64,000 bases of DNA from a virus. Within the stretch, counting starts at the first letter, position 1, and every line of letters starts with the position of its first letter. The DNA lies in the IMG/VR virus record IMGVR_UViG_3300042301_002363, positions 1-64,000 of that record. One strand, written 5' to 3'. The translations under genes were made by a program, and so were the position numbers. The notes beneath the pieces were generated by a model. That model did no database searches. It had not been told where the DNA came from and saw only the letters and a list, made by a program, of their open reading frames with translations. This document shows positions 19,613 to 31,639 of this stretch, in pieces.

Positions 19613-22600
19613 TTAACAGTTATTTTCATCTGTTGGGTCAATACTTGGTCTATTATTAGGCTTAATGATAGTCCTGTTCTGAGCAGCAAGAGCAAGTATG
19701 GCTTTTCTATTACCATCTTCTTCACCCCACATCATCCTCTTATTTGTTGTCAAAGATATGATAGTATTTTTAGATGTCACTATGTATTCTGTATCTTTAT
19801 ACTCTATGATTTTTGCAGCTATATCAAGTGCTTTCATATTTGCTTCAGCTACTGATATTTTAGATTTAGCACCTTCTAATAGTGGATTATAAAGTTGCCA
19901 TGTACCATTTGCATTTTGTTGAGTAACAATATAAGTTGTGCCATTATAATTAACATATCTTCCTCTTTGTATTTCAGGAACCTTTGCTTCATTTTCAGGT
20001 TGAGGTTTCATGCCCAATACATTCATAAGAGCTGCAAGAGAATTTTCACCAGCATCTATTTGATTCTGAGTCACATCAGTTTCTTTATCTATGCCTTCTT
20101 GCAAAATACCTGGATCATTCTTTTTCAATTGTGATTCAGAAATATCATCTGTGATAACAACGTTCTCAGTAGGTTTTTTACTTGTGTCTGGTTTTTTGTT
20201 TTCTTCACTCACATCAGTTCCAACTTTTTCACCAGCAGTGGTGTCAACAATATTTGTGTTGAATACAATTGATTCTTTTTTATCTATGTATCGCTTATAT
20301 GTTTCAGCATTTTCTGTACTGAAAGCAATTGGACTAAGTGCTTCTGAAGCATACTGTGATGGTATTATCTTATACTTTGCAAAGGTTCCAATATTTGAAA
20401 ATGTTGTTGTACCCATGATTGAATCAAACAAGTTAGATCCAATTGATTTTCCTTTAGAAGCATTGTTGTCAATACCCTGTAACACATATGTATTTAAACC
20501 AATACGCAAGATACTTGGGAATACAAACTCAACAGAGTCTTGTTCTGTCATGTCTTTTTGAATACCAAACATTCTACCAAGTGTTACATTTGCTTTTTGA
20601 TTTTTACCAGAAAGGTTTACAGTAAACTCTGAACCTAATGCGTCTGCTATATTTATACGATCTACTTTTGCAAGATCTGTACCTTCAGGAAACTGTAAAT
20701 CTAATGCATCAAGTACATAGTTCATTGCTTTAATCTTAGCTTCAGGTAAAGACTCTTTTGTCATATCCTGTTTTTCATCCAAGAATGCTTTTACAATAGG
20801 TTTTGAGAAATTTGGTTTCTTAGAGTTTATTGTAAACAATACTCCTCTTGTGTTGTTCTTATCTCTAAACTTAGGTATCTTTCTGTTATTATTTTCTGAT
20901 GCTGCAGCATATGCAATTTGATCAAACATCTCATCAAAAAACTTAATAACACCATCTTGTGATTTTTCTCCAGTATAGTTTAGCATAAAAGATTTGAAAT
21001 CTTCTTCAAAGTTTTTACTCTGAACAACTGACTCAATACCTTGTATAAACTCATCAATATAATTTGACAATGGAACTTTTAATTCTGCTGGCATATATGA
21101 TAAGAATGAACCCTCTTTGTATTGTAATCCTGTACGTACAAGGTCATGATAGAATAGACTTTTGACAAACTGTCTTTCATCTGTACCTCCTTGATTGTAT
21201 AAGAATGCAATATCATCAGCTATCTTACTTGCATATTCACCTTTGACTTTAGCTTTGCTTATCATTGATATAAATCTTTCACTTATACCCTGATAGCTTT
21301 TACCATTAAACAATACTGTTGCTGTGTTCTTAGATTCAGACTGACGCAACAATTTTAAGAATTCATTGTCAGGATATTTTTCTCTAAATCTTTCTACCTG
21401 TGTAAATAAATCATTTGTAAACCAGTACTCAGGAGTAAACGTTCTAAGTATCATCTCATCATCATTATCTAACAATGCTTGAATTGTTGGATTATTTACT
21501 TTTCTAGAACCAGGATAAGTCATTTTAAACTTATTCAATGCTAAGAAACTTGTAAGTGTATTTGAAATTGTCTTTGGATCTTCAAAGTATCCTTTAAACG
21601 CTGCTGTTATAGGGAAAAAGAATGGTGTTCTTTCTAAGAATATTTTAGAAAATTGTTCATTAGCATCATCTAATGCATCTTTTAAAATTGACCATACTTG
21701 ATTATCTCCAAACAACTCAGATGCAGATTCCTTATCAAAAAGCTTTTCATCATCTTTTAACTCATTGATGTTATCTCTCATCTTGTCAAAAGCTACAAGA
21801 CTTGGATTAAGTCTTTTAAACAAATTGGTAATACTAGCAGCTCTATTGATTGTCCATGTTTGCTGAGCTTGTTTTCCATAGTACATCAGCAAAATAATCT
21901 TCATTTCATTTTCAGTCAATGGTTGATCATTATCTGCATATACCATTTCAAAACCTATTGCAGATGGCGTAAGTTGATTATTTTTTAACGCATAAAGACT
22001 AAGTTTCTTTGGTGCAAATCCAATCTTAACTTTAAGTGGATTTTCAAATAACACCATGTCTTTAAATGATTTTGATGTAACAACCCCTGCAGCTTTTAAT
22101 CTATTAAGTGCAGACTCATCCTCTTCAATAAGTGCAGCTAGTTCTTCTTTTACTGCTTGATTGTAGAATTTGTAATCTTGTTCTAGATCTTCTGACAATG
22201 CAAACTGTGATTGTTGTACTGCTAACGCAGCTTTGCGCACCTCTGGTAAAAAGTTAAAGGCCAACGCAAACTCTGGATCCAATCCAATACCAATCATTGC
22301 AAGTGTGGTACTTGCGTTTACTTCATTCATTTGAAGAGCTGCAGGAATAGGATCTTTAGCACCATCAGCAAACATACCAAGTATGTTACCAATTATTGCA
22401 ATAACTCTTTGATCCTTTTCATTCATTTGTCCAAATGTATCTTTCAATACTATTCTTCCTTCAAGTGTTTGATATGCCCACACTATTGCTTTATCAGATA
22501 GCTTTAAGTTATATTGACTAGCTAATGACAAGAACTTGTTCATGACAGCTGTACGTCCAATACCATCCTTGTTCATGTTGTTTTCTACCTTAGACTCAAT

Positions 22601-25600
22601 CATGTTAGTAGGAGTAAACAAGTTGGATTTCTTTGTAATTGCTTTAAGATCAATTCCAAATGCAGATAAGATATCTTTAAATTCTTGTGTTGATGATCTT
22701 TGGTTTATGTATAAAAAGTTAAACACAGCTTCATTTGCAAGTATTTGCAAGCTTGCAGCAAGGTTTTTATTCTGATACTTTGGTGAAACCATTTCTGAGA
22801 AACCTGGTCTAGAAAGATATTGCGACACATTGCTTGGTATACCATACTTGGCAAGTGTATCCATTATTGCTTGATACTCAAATACAGAATCCAAATAGTT
22901 TAGTAACTCTTTTGTTTCACGTTGTTTTCTTACAGACTCTTTTCTTATTGCTTTAAGATCAGCCAGTTCTTTACCATAAATATTACGTGTCTTTGCAAGC
23001 TCTCTATTTTCTGGATTTTGTTCAGCTATCTCTTTTGCTTTTACATATAGTTCCTTAGATTCTTTTGTAAGTTCAAACATGTAATTTGTAAAATCTAATT
23101 GTTCTGTGTATTTAGATTTTAAAGCTACCTGTCTGAATGCACCCATAAACTTTTCATCACCAAAACCTAACGCTTCCATTACTTCAAACAATGGACCTTC
23201 ACCTGGCATTTCTATTGTGCCTTCATTTAAAAGTTCTTGTTTACGTTGTTTTATTGCTGGTGCAATATCTTCATGCTTAGACATGTAATGCATAAACTCA
23301 ATAAACTCACCAACTTCAGGATTGTCGTATATACTATAGTCACCATACAAAGAGTAATTTCCTTTGCCATTCTTATAGTATGACATCATTCTTCCAAACA
23401 ATGAGTCAATATCAAAGTCAGATCCTGCCAACAAGTGTACAAAATGTGGTACAATAATGTTGTTCATTTTAGAAGAATCAGTGAAGTCAACAACTTTCAA
23501 AGCAATCATTGAACGTTTATCTTCTGTAGGAATACGTACACCAAACATTCTGGTCAAGTTATCCATGTAGAACTGTTCTTGTTGTGCGTTCTCAAAAAAT
23601 GGTTTAGGAATAATTGCTTCTACATAATATAGCTTTGTTCCATCTGCTTGCTCTTCGACACTAATACCAAGTGGTCTAGATTTAAATCTTCTTGTGTCTT
23701 CAAATGCTTGTGGATTCTCACCAATCTCTTGTGTTGTTACTACTCTATTTTCTTGAGTATCAAACAATACATTATAACCAAATGAACTTTCATGGAAGTT
23801 TTTAAATCCTGAAACTTTTTCATCTGTTACGTTTTTGCTATACTGAGCCAATAAATAATACTCAAGAGTAGAACGTATTAGACTAAGGTTTGGATTAAAC
23901 ACTGGCGTGCCATCTGGTTTAACAGCAAACATATCAAGAATATTCTTTGGTGCATTTTGTTGTTGTAAACTATCACGTATCATTGTGAATAATTTACCCA
24001 TATCAAAGTCATCACCTTTTCTAAGAACTTCAGTAAAGTATAACAATCTTGCTTTTGTTGCCTGACGTAATGATAATTGATAATCATTAAGTGCAGTTTT
24101 TATATTTTGCATCGCAATGATGTCACCTTCAGAAACTGTTCTTCCTGTATTGCGTACTTCTGTTTCAATTATTTTTCTAAACTCTTCTTCATTGATATTA
24201 GCTGGAAGTAAAAGTTTTGACTGAACAGAATGTTTCGCTTTGTCTTTAACACCACTTGTTTCAACCTGCAAATACTTTGCACTGTTTGGAACATTAAGCG
24301 CTGCCATTTTAAAGTTAATGTATCCATCTTCTGTTTTTTCTGAGAAGAATACATCTACTGGTAGAAGTGTAGCGTTTTTAGATGCTGTAGTATCCATCAA
24401 CTGATCAATTTGGAAAAGTTCCATTGAGTTGAGAATGTTGTGCATCATTTGGCGATGTGGCATTGGCCTATAATAGGAGTGTATATCTCTATACAAATTC
24501 TGGATGTCAATATCTATTTTGGTTATTTGATTTTTGGCATCAGGCATTTCTGCTGCTAATTCACGATCCTTACGTAAATCATAAACAGACATGTATAATC
24601 CATGCAGCTCATCATATGTACGAGCAGTTGCTTCATCAATTGATTCTTCTCCTTGTGGTATGATATCAAGAATACTTACATCTGTTCTGTCAATATAACT
24701 TTCAGATTGTTTATGGTAAACATTGCGATCTGCTGTAATTGTTTTCTTAGCATTGTTGACTACCTTCATTGACTCAAGATATCGTGTTTCATCTTGAGTA
24801 AGTGCTCTGTAATGTTTAGCAACTAAGATGTACAAACCACGATCATCTAGCCTACCTAGTGTATCATGCATATCAATCTGGTGCATTAATGATGAAATAC
24901 TTTGACCATCAAAGATTTCACGCATCATGTCTGCCCATTTTACAACACGCCCATTAATATTTTCAACAGTATTACCTTTTGCTTTTTCAAAACCCTCCAG
25001 TAATTCCTCACGAATATTTTGATTAGGAATTGTAAAGTCACTTTCAATTTGTTCTGCATCAAAGTATGGTCCAAATTGAGGAAACTCTTCATGGATAAAA
25101 GCTGTAATAGTATTCATGTATGCAACTTTGTGACTTCCATTTTTCATATTGGATCCACTTGCCACAATTTTCTTTAGACGTTTTACATAATCTTGAGCGT
25201 TCTTTACGTTCAATGCCATGTCACCATCCATTAACTGATTTAAATAAAGTCCATTTCTCCAGTTATTCATGAACATATCAAACAACAATTTCTCAATTGG
25301 TTCAATTGCTGATGCTTCATTAGTACCATATGGTGTTCCATATGCATCTATAAGAGATTGTTTAGCAAAACCTTCTTTAAGAGATGTTGGTAACATACTT
25401 GAAGAATAATACTGAGATGGCAACAATGCTGCAACAGCTGGTCTTATTTCAGCCTTCTTATCTTTCTCATTAATAGGAAGTGTCTCTATTAAACCAAGTG
25501 TTTCAAGTTTTTCCAAATATGTTTGAAACTCTTTCTGTGCATAATCATTTAATGCTGATAACAAATCAGACATGTCTATCTCTTCAAATGCAACTTGTTT

Positions 25601-28600
25601 TTTGGCCAAGTCAATTAAATCATCTCTCAGAGATTGGTTATTTGGATCATCAAAGAAATCTTCTAACATGTTGAACCTGTAAGCTCTCAAACTTGAGTCA
25701 TCAACATTTGCTGTTACATTATCATCTTCTAATACAGCATTATATTTGTTTATTAACTCATTGCTTTTGCCATTTTCAAAATTAGCTTTCAAGTCAAGTC
25801 TACGATTCCACTCGCGAGATGCTCTATTGTATTCTTGATTTACAATAGAAACAAGATCCTCAACTATCTTAAGATACTTTCCTTGATAAAGCAATTGACC
25901 TTTGTCATTAGTTTGTTTTGCTTCTTTTGAAGTAAATGGCTGGTATATAGCAGATATTAAAAAGTTTGTAGATGTAGCCTCTAACTGATGGAATGATCTT
26001 AAGTATGTAGATATTTCATTACCTCCTTTGTCACGCAATACTTTTTTATCCATAAACGCTAATACCTGCAGCATGTGCAAAGATCTTTCGTCAACAGATT
26101 TAAAGGTTTGTCCTTTTTTAGTGACATCCCCAATACGTTGTTGTACGCCACCAAACATTGCTACAGTAAAGTTGTCTAAGAACAACTGCATTTTTACGCT
26201 GTCTGCATTAACTTCTCCTTTTAAAATTGGACCAAGTAATGCATTGTCTTCCATGAATGATCTTAATGTAGTTTCAAAATATGGATCATCAGCCAATGCT
26301 TCTTCTAATGTCATTGTGTTCAAACGCTGACCAAGTAGTAATAATGGATTGTATTTTGTAAAACGATAGATTGGTTTACCCTCAGCATTTTTTACAACAC
26401 TTGGTATTTCTGTTGGATCATACTTCACAACATATGCAGATGCCTTTTTAAGAATAGTAAGCAATCGTTTTGCATCTTTATTTTTAGATTTCTCATCATC
26501 TAGTATATTTCTAATACCACTATTTGGTTTACCACTTTCAAGATAAGATGCGTCTAAAACAATCTTCAAACTTCTGAAAAAGTCTTTTTCTAAATACTGC
26601 TCTTGTCGTACAAAGTCTTCATTGACATCATAAAACTTTTGCAGTCTTATATCAACATCAAGATTGATATTATTTTCAACCTTGTTAATTCCCATCAATG
26701 ATAATCGCACTAATGATTTTGGAACTCTCATTCCAATTGTAATCATAGCATTGTGGATTTCATCAGTAAGCTTTTGTAAACGCATTGTTTGACCAACCAT
26801 TCCATCAAGAATATCTGGTGCGTTCATAAAGTTTGTGGCAAAGTTTTTAAGATATTGAACTGCCTCTTTAAACTCATCAGTGTTTGCATCTGTTGAATGC
26901 TTCTTAATGAATCCTGAAATAATATCATTACGTTTTTTAGTAACGTCTGCATCAACAACCTTGTCAAATACTCTAAAGTTTACAGACTCAGAACGTAATA
27001 ATTCTTCGCCAGAAGTGATGTCTTCCATGTTAACCTTACGTGGAGTAGATACATTGAACATCACATTATTCAACTCAACACCATGTAATACTTCTACAAT
27101 AAGATTTAGTAATTGCTTATTGGTTTGTGCAACACCATTTGAGTCTGCTTTTGTACGTGTTTGTATTTCATTGAATATTGTCTGAAGATCTTTACCCACT
27201 TGATCGTATCCATCTTCAATCATTTGTTCTGACATTACACCAATGCTATCAATGATGTTTTTTGGATTAATGCCAGCTGTTATTTTCAAAAGTGTAGGGA
27301 ATAACACTTGTCCATCAATCATACGTGGAAAGTATATTCCATTCTTTTTATCAAACTGATCACTTCTAAGAGTAGAAAAGAATCTTCTTATTTGAGCTAC
27401 ATAAGAATCCATGCGATTATATTCTGCCATTCCAGAATCAAAGTCATTGCTTTCTAATTCTTCTTGTGCTGATACGCGTTCATCATCTTGTACCTCAGTT
27501 GCAGTTTCACCATTAAATGTGTTTTCTACTTCCTCTGAATCTAACGTAAACTCATCATTTTCTCTTAGTATCTGTACACTGTTAGCTTTGGTATACTTGT
27601 CTTTTACCAATCGTTTCAATGTTTCAAAAGAGTACTGACCCATAGTGTTGTCTATAACTTCACCATTAATTAGTCTTATCTTATTTACGTTAGCCTTACT
27701 GTCATACTTTGAATCACCAGTAAGGTTAATATCATTTACATTTAAACCCTTCATTCTTGCACCAAGAATAAATCTGTAAGATGATATCAATGGTCCATAA
27801 TCTTTTTCAATCTGCTCTCTTGCTGCAGGATTTTGCGCAACAAGTTTTTCCATACTATAAACCTCACTTAGAATTTTATCTGCAGCACGTTGGAATTTAG
27901 TTTCAAAAGTATCTGACTGAACTGCATCTTGAAATATAACACCAACCATCATGTCAATCAATTGGTTTTGTTCAGAAACACTAAGTGTAGAATTTTTCTT
28001 TTCTACGTTACCTTGTTCATTTGTATTATACTTTACAAGTCCATCAATTAATTCATATGCAACTTGACCATTGTACATGTCAGATTTAATAGTTGCTGTT
28101 TTGTAGTATCCAGTTTTCACACGGTCATACACAGCTTCTATCTGAGTTCTATTTTTGACAAAGAAGTTAAGTAACTTTTTAAGCATGTCAAAGAATATTT
28201 GCAATGCTGTTTTAGGTTTTCCTTTTCTTTCTTTGCTCATGTATTTTTGAAAGCCATCAGCAAGTATTTCTTCTGCTACTAACTCAGCAAGCACATCATA
28301 GTTTGTAATAGATAAATTTCTTACTCTTGCAAACTCTTTCAATGATAGTGATGTAAAGTTGTCAGAATGCTTTGGGTCATCCATTATTTGTTTGACTAAC
28401 ACCTTACGTTCTGAATCTGTTAAAAGATATCTAAAGACACCATGAAATGCTTCATGGTAGATTGTACCTTTACCAGTAATAGTATCATTTAGGTAAATGA
28501 TTTTGTCTTTAAACATTCCTAAAACTGTACCATCAATTTTAGCCAGATTGATCATATCCTTTAATGAACTTGTATCAAGTCCAAACTGAGGTAAGTTTTC

Positions 28601-31600
28601 AGCAAGCCATTGTGATTCTGTTAATATATCTTGTTCAGTAGCAACTTCAATACCTGTACCTTCAGCAATAGAGAATGGAACATCATCATCAGTAAAGTCA
28701 ATTACATCATTGTCTTCATCGTTTTGATTTTCATCAGTAACATCTTCTTCTGTTTCTGTAGTATCATTCAGGATAATTGGCGTACTGCTAACATTATCTG
28801 GTGTAATTTTTACAGAAGAATTTTCTTTGTCAGCAACCTCATCTACAATAGCTTTTTCTTCTGAAGTCTGATCAAGATTTTCAGAAGTTTGATCAGCCAT
28901 TGATACATTAACAGGAGACTTTGCAACAAGATTAAATGATCTACGACCAGTAGATTCATACACTTTTACATTTTTCATGGATCTGTTGTACGAACTTCTA
29001 GCATCGCTTTGAGTAGATAATGGTGAATTAATTTTCAAAACACGTACGCCTTCATCATTTTCTCTTGAGAATAAATCTTCTATTTGGAAATTTGTATATG
29101 GAGCAAAGTCTTCATTAAGCGCATCTAAAAATTCACCATATACATTATCAGGATTTGCCTTAATATATTTGGTAACAGAGTCTAGAACTGTTGCAGTAAA
29201 CTTCTCTTGTGCAATAGATACTTGCTGTGCAAGATTTTTAACATTTAGAGATGCTGTTGGTAATTTTGCTAATTCAAAAACTGTTGTATAAAATTGCACC
29301 AAATCATCTGCCTTGGATAAATCTAATTTTGATAATGCAATGTTTTCTGATTTTACTATACCAACAAGAGGTCCTTCAGTAAGTGCTTTTGATAATAACA
29401 TAATTTCCTTTTCAGGAATTATAAAATTATACGCGTACTTAGAGTTATCAGACTTAAGAATGATGTTACCATAACGAGAATCTTTTGAACCTCTGTATGG
29501 GCGTATCTCTACTTGCAACGCTCTTCCATTTTTAATGGTAGATGTTGCAAAGTCAATAGTCAATTGTGGTTCTGCTTTTCCTGGCATTCTTACAGGATCA
29601 AACTGATACATTGTCTTCTGCATTGCTCTTATGTTTGCAGATTTATTTATATTAGTTGGATCAATGATTGTTGCCATGGTTGTGATAAACTTTGCAAAAA
29701 ACTCAGGGTTTTGCAATTGGTATACCTGATCAACAATAGCATAAGAGATTTCACCAGTAGATGGAAACTTCAATACAAAATGCATTGTTTTTGTCACACG
29801 AGTCAATGGTTGATTTGTTTTCATCAACTCAATCAATCGTGCATCCTCTTCTTGAAATAATGTTTTTACTTTTTCATTTAGATTCAGTACATCCTCAATG
29901 TATGTTTTTTCAGTAAGCATTTTGACTTCTCCACCAGGCAGTGTTACTTTAATTCTTTCATTAGCTGATAAGAAAGTAGAACTGACATAGTTGATTGTAG
30001 CAAATTTTGGATCAAAGGTTTTGTAAAAGTAAAAAGGCAGTTTGCGTTCTTCTTCAGATACAGCATCTCCTTTTGCATCAATTTGCACTACTGTTACTGT
30101 TTGACTAAATTGAGGATTCTTTTCTACAAGTTCTTTAAGAGTTGTTTTTACAGGTTGTGAAGAACGCGTATTGGTAAAATCATACATCTGCAAAAAGTCA
30201 TCAGTGACATCAATTGATGTTCCTGTATTAAAAGCTTCTTCAATTTTATTGGATATCTTGTCTTTGAACTCTTGATACAATTTTTGAGAAGCAACAATAG
30301 AAAGGATGTCAGAATTATTTAAGTCCTGTACATTGTTTCCTGCTTTCTTAACTGACATATCCTGAAGCATTTTCAAATGTCCAGGATTTGTAAGATCAAG
30401 TTTTTCTGTAGAGTTGTCACTTGACACAAATACAAAGTTGTCCATAGAGTATATGTAAAACTTTTTACCTGTTGCAAGTATCTCACCTACCAACGCAAAA
30501 TCTTGTTCACTTGCTTTTGGTCTTGATACAGTAAGCACTTTGCCATTTGGATTAGACTGAAGATATGCAACCTGAGTTGAATTCTCAAAAGTTTCATAAT
30601 CTCTTTTTGCAAGAGCTGCATATTCTGTTTCTGTTGCTGCGAGTTCTTTTAATCTTTGAACACGCATATCACCAAAGTCACTTAGCTTAACAGCAGTAAT
30701 TTTAATACCTGATGATGGTGATGACATCTTACTTAGTTCTGTAAGGATACTAACATGGTCTTCAGGATTAATTGCATCTACTGTTAAACCAGACGCAAAG
30801 AAATCTTCTTTGAATACTTGCTTGCCATCATTTGAATCAGACCAGTCTGCAGGTCTTGCTGATTTTCTTGCGATAATATTTATAGGATCAATTTCTGTAA
30901 GTGTTCCATCGCTTTCAATCTTGTTAAGCATACCATCATATTCAATGGCTTCAATCATAGAACCATCCTTTAATGTGACAAGAACGTTATCTAATTGAAT
31001 AGTCTCTGCAACAGAATCAATAGGAATATAACTTGACTTAGGCTGCAAACTGTCAATGTAATCATCTATTGCAGAATACAATACCTGTTTGTATGAGTTA
31101 TCTGCTTTAGATAAATCACCAATTACTTCTTTTAATTGACCACGTATTTGATCAATGGCATCTGTCTTATCTTCTATTGTATCAAATTTATAAGTTGATA
31201 CATAGTTCTTTAATAACTGAAGAACACCTCCAGCTTTTGTTAAGTCTTGAAGAGTGATTAATGATTGCTTACCTAACTCTTCAATTGCTTTTGATATACC
31301 ATCATAAGTTTGAGGTCTTGGTTTTTTCAAATCAAAAAGCGTAAAAGCATTTGATAAATACTTAGCTGTATCATCAAACATGGAGTCTGTTCCAAGATTG
31401 ATAATATCCAGTCCTTTACCAATATTATACTTCTCTTGATTTAAACCAGAAAGCCCATTGTAGATATGGGCCATATTGTGCAGAGCTAATTTCTTTTGCT
31501 CTTCTGTCAAATTTGCACTTAGAATAAATCTTGCTGCGTTATCATAGTTAGTGTAAACACTTGGACTTAACCTAATTAAGTTTTCTACTACAGGTATATA

Positions 31601-31627
31601 TTGTTCAGTAGTTAAAGCACATCCCAT
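19613..31627 (-). CDS. Virion-packaged two-barrel RNA polymerase fused to a zincin-like protease domain
   Basis: RIPTEDKRSM...AGSDFDIDSL (DFDID at 23405-23419) as in crAss-like RNAPs such as phi14:2 gp66, plus D.AKDP. HEAFH (28442-28456) followed by EEILAD. Confidence 0.88.
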   Translation of the reverse strand: MGCALTTEQYIPVVENLIRLSPSVYTNYDNAARFILSANLTEEQKKLALHNMAHIYNGLSGLNQEKYNIGKGLDIINLGTDSMFDDTAKYLSNAFTLFDLKKPRPQTYDGISKAIEELGKQSLITLQDLTKAGGVLQLLKNYVSTYKFDTIEDKTDAIDQIRGQLKEVIGDLSKADNSYKQVLYSAIDDYIDSLQPKSSYIPIDSVAETIQLDNVLVTLKDGSMIEAIEYDGMLNKIESDGTLTEIDPINIIARKSARPADWSDSNDGKQVFKEDFFASGLTVDAINPEDHVSILTELSKMSSPSSGIKITAVKLSDFGDMRVQRLKELAATETEYAALAKRDYETFENSTQVAYLQSNPNGKVLTVSRPKASEQDFALVGEILATGKKFYIYSMDNFVFVSSDNSTEKLDLTNPGHLKMLQDMSVKKAGNNVQDLNNSDILSIVASQKLYQEFKDKISNKIEEAFNTGTSIDVTDDFLQMYDFTNTRSSQPVKTTLKELVEKNPQFSQTVTVVQIDAKGDAVSEEERKLPFYFYKTFDPKFATINYVSSTFLSANERIKVTLPGGEVKMLTEKTYIEDVLNLNEKVKTLFQEEDARLIELMKTNQPLTRVTKTMHFVLKFPSTGEISYAIVDQVYQLQNPEFFAKFITTMATIIDPTNINKSANIRAMQKTMYQFDPVRMPGKAEPQLTIDFATSTIKNGRALQVEIRPYRGSKDSRYGNIILKSDNSKYAYNFIIPEKEIMLLSKALTEGPLVGIVKSENIALSKLDLSKADDLVQFYTTVFELAKLPTASLNVKNLAQQVSIAQEKFTATVLDSVTKYIKANPDNVYGEFLDALNEDFAPYTNFQIEDLFSRENDEGVRVLKINSPLSTQSDARSSYNRSMKNVKVYESTGRRSFNLVAKSPVNVSMADQTSENLDQTSEEKAIVDEVADKENSSVKITPDNVSSTPIILNDTTETEEDVTDENQNDEDNDVIDFTDDDVPFSIAEGTGIEVATEQDILTESQWLAENLPQFGLDTSSLKDMINLAKIDGTVLGMFKDKIIYLNDTITGKGTIYHEAFHGVFRYLLTDSERKVLVKQIMDDPKHSDNFTSLSLKEFARVRNLSITNYDVLAELVAEEILADGFQKYMSKERKGKPKTALQIFFDMLKKLLNFFVKNRTQIEAVYDRVKTGYYKTATIKSDMYNGQVAYELIDGLVKYNTNEQGNVEKKNSTLSVSEQNQLIDMMVGVIFQDAVQSDTFETKFQRAADKILSEVYSMEKLVAQNPAAREQIEKDYGPLISSYRFILGARMKGLNVNDINLTGDSKYDSKANVNKIRLINGEVIDNTMGQYSFETLKRLVKDKYTKANSVQILRENDEFTLDSEEVENTFNGETATEVQDDERVSAQEELESNDFDSGMAEYNRMDSYVAQIRRFFSTLRSDQFDKKNGIYFPRMIDGQVLFPTLLKITAGINPKNIIDSIGVMSEQMIEDGYDQVGKDLQTIFNEIQTRTKADSNGVAQTNKQLLNLIVEVLHGVELNNVMFNVSTPRKVNMEDITSGEELLRSESVNFRVFDKVVDADVTKKRNDIISGFIKKHSTDANTDEFKEAVQYLKNFATNFMNAPDILDGMVGQTMRLQKLTDEIHNAMITIGMRVPKSLVRLSLMGINKVENNINLDVDIRLQKFYDVNEDFVRQEQYLEKDFFRSLKIVLDASYLESGKPNSGIRNILDDEKSKNKDAKRLLTILKKASAYVVKYDPTEIPSVVKNAEGKPIYRFTKYNPLLLLGQRLNTMTLEEALADDPYFETTLRSFMEDNALLGPILKGEVNADSVKMQLFLDNFTVAMFGGVQQRIGDVTKKGQTFKSVDERSLHMLQVLAFMDKKVLRDKGGNEISTYLRSFHQLEATSTNFLISAIYQPFTSKEAKQTNDKGQLLYQGKYLKIVEDLVSIVNQEYNRASREWNRRLDLKANFENGKSNELINKYNAVLEDDNVTANVDDSSLRAYRFNMLEDFFDDPNNQSLRDDLIDLAKKQVAFEEIDMSDLLSALNDYAQKEFQTYLEKLETLGLIETLPINEKDKKAEIRPAVAALLPSQYYSSSMLPTSLKEGFAKQSLIDAYGTPYGTNEASAIEPIEKLLFDMFMNNWRNGLYLNQLMDGDMALNVKNAQDYVKRLKKIVASGSNMKNGSHKVAYMNTITAFIHEEFPQFGPYFDAEQIESDFTIPNQNIREELLEGFEKAKGNTVENINGRVVKWADMMREIFDGQSISSLMHQIDMHDTLGRLDDRGLYILVAKHYRALTQDETRYLESMKVVNNAKKTITADRNVYHKQSESYIDRTDVSILDIIPQGEESIDEATARTYDELHGLYMSVYDLRKDRELAAEMPDAKNQITKIDIDIQNLYRDIHSYYRPMPHRQMMHNILNSMELFQIDQLMDTTASKNATLLPVDVFFSEKTEDGYINFKMAALNVPNSAKYLQVETSGVKDKAKHSVQSKLLLPANINEEEFRKIIETEVRNTGRTVSEGDIIAMQNIKTALNDYQLSLRQATKARLLYFTEVLRKGDDFDMGKLFTMIRDSLQQQNAPKNILDMFAVKPDGTPVFNPNLSLIRSTLEYYLLAQYSKNVTDEKVSGFKNFHESSFGYNVLFDTQENRVVTTQEIGENPQAFEDTRRFKSRPLGISVEEQADGTKLYYVEAIIPKPFFENAQQEQFYMDNLTRMFGVRIPTEDKRSMIALKVVDFTDSSKMNNIIVPHFVHLLAGSDFDIDSLFGRMMSYYKNGKGNYSLYGDYSIYDNPEVGEFIEFMHYMSKHEDIAPAIKQRKQELLNEGTIEMPGEGPLFEVMEALGFGDEKFMGAFRQVALKSKYTEQLDFTNYMFELTKESKELYVKAKEIAEQNPENRELAKTRNIYGKELADLKAIRKESVRKQRETKELLNYLDSVFEYQAIMDTLAKYGIPSNVSQYLSRPGFSEMVSPKYQNKNLAASLQILANEAVFNFLYINQRSSTQEFKDILSAFGIDLKAITKKSNLFTPTNMIESKVENNMNKDGIGRTAVMNKFLSLASQYNLKLSDKAIVWAYQTLEGRIVLKDTFGQMNEKDQRVIAIIGNILGMFADGAKDPIPAALQMNEVNASTTLAMIGIGLDPEFALAFNFLPEVRKAALAVQQSQFALSEDLEQDYKFYNQAVKEELAALIEEDESALNRLKAAGVVTSKSFKDMVLFENPLKVKIGFAPKKLSLYALKNNQLTPSAIGFEMVYADNDQPLTENEMKIILLMYYGKQAQQTWTINRAASITNLFKRLNPSLVAFDKMRDNINELKDDEKLFDKESASELFGDNQVWSILKDALDDANEQFSKIFLERTPFFFPITAAFKGYFEDPKTISNTLTSFLALNKFKMTYPGSRKVNNPTIQALLDNDDEMILRTFTPEYWFTNDLFTQVERFREKYPDNEFLKLLRQSESKNTATVLFNGKSYQGISERFISMISKAKVKGEYASKIADDIAFLYNQGGTDERQFVKSLFYHDLVRTGLQYKEGSFLSYMPAELKVPLSNYIDEFIQGIESVVQSKNFEEDFKSFMLNYTGEKSQDGVIKFFDEMFDQIAYAAASENNNRKIPKFRDKNNTRGVLFTINSKKPNFSKPIVKAFLDEKQDMTKESLPEAKIKAMNYVLDALDLQFPEGTDLAKVDRINIADALGSEFTVNLSGKNQKANVTLGRMFGIQKDMTEQDSVEFVFPSILRIGLNTYVLQGIDNNASKGKSIGSNLFDSIMGTTTFSNIGTFAKYKIIPSQYASEALSPIAFSTENAETYKRYIDKKESIVFNTNIVDTTAGEKVGTDVSEENKKPDTSKKPTENVVITDDISESQLKKNDPGILQEGIDKETDVTQNQIDAGENSLAALMNVLGMKPQPENEAKVPEIQRGRYVNYNGTTYIVTQQNANGTWQLYNPLLEGAKSKISVAEANMKALDIAAKIIEYKDTEYIVTSKNTIISLTTNKRMMWGEEDGNRKAILALAAQNRTIIKPNNRPSIDPTDENNC

Positions 31628-31639
31628 TTCTTTAAGTAT

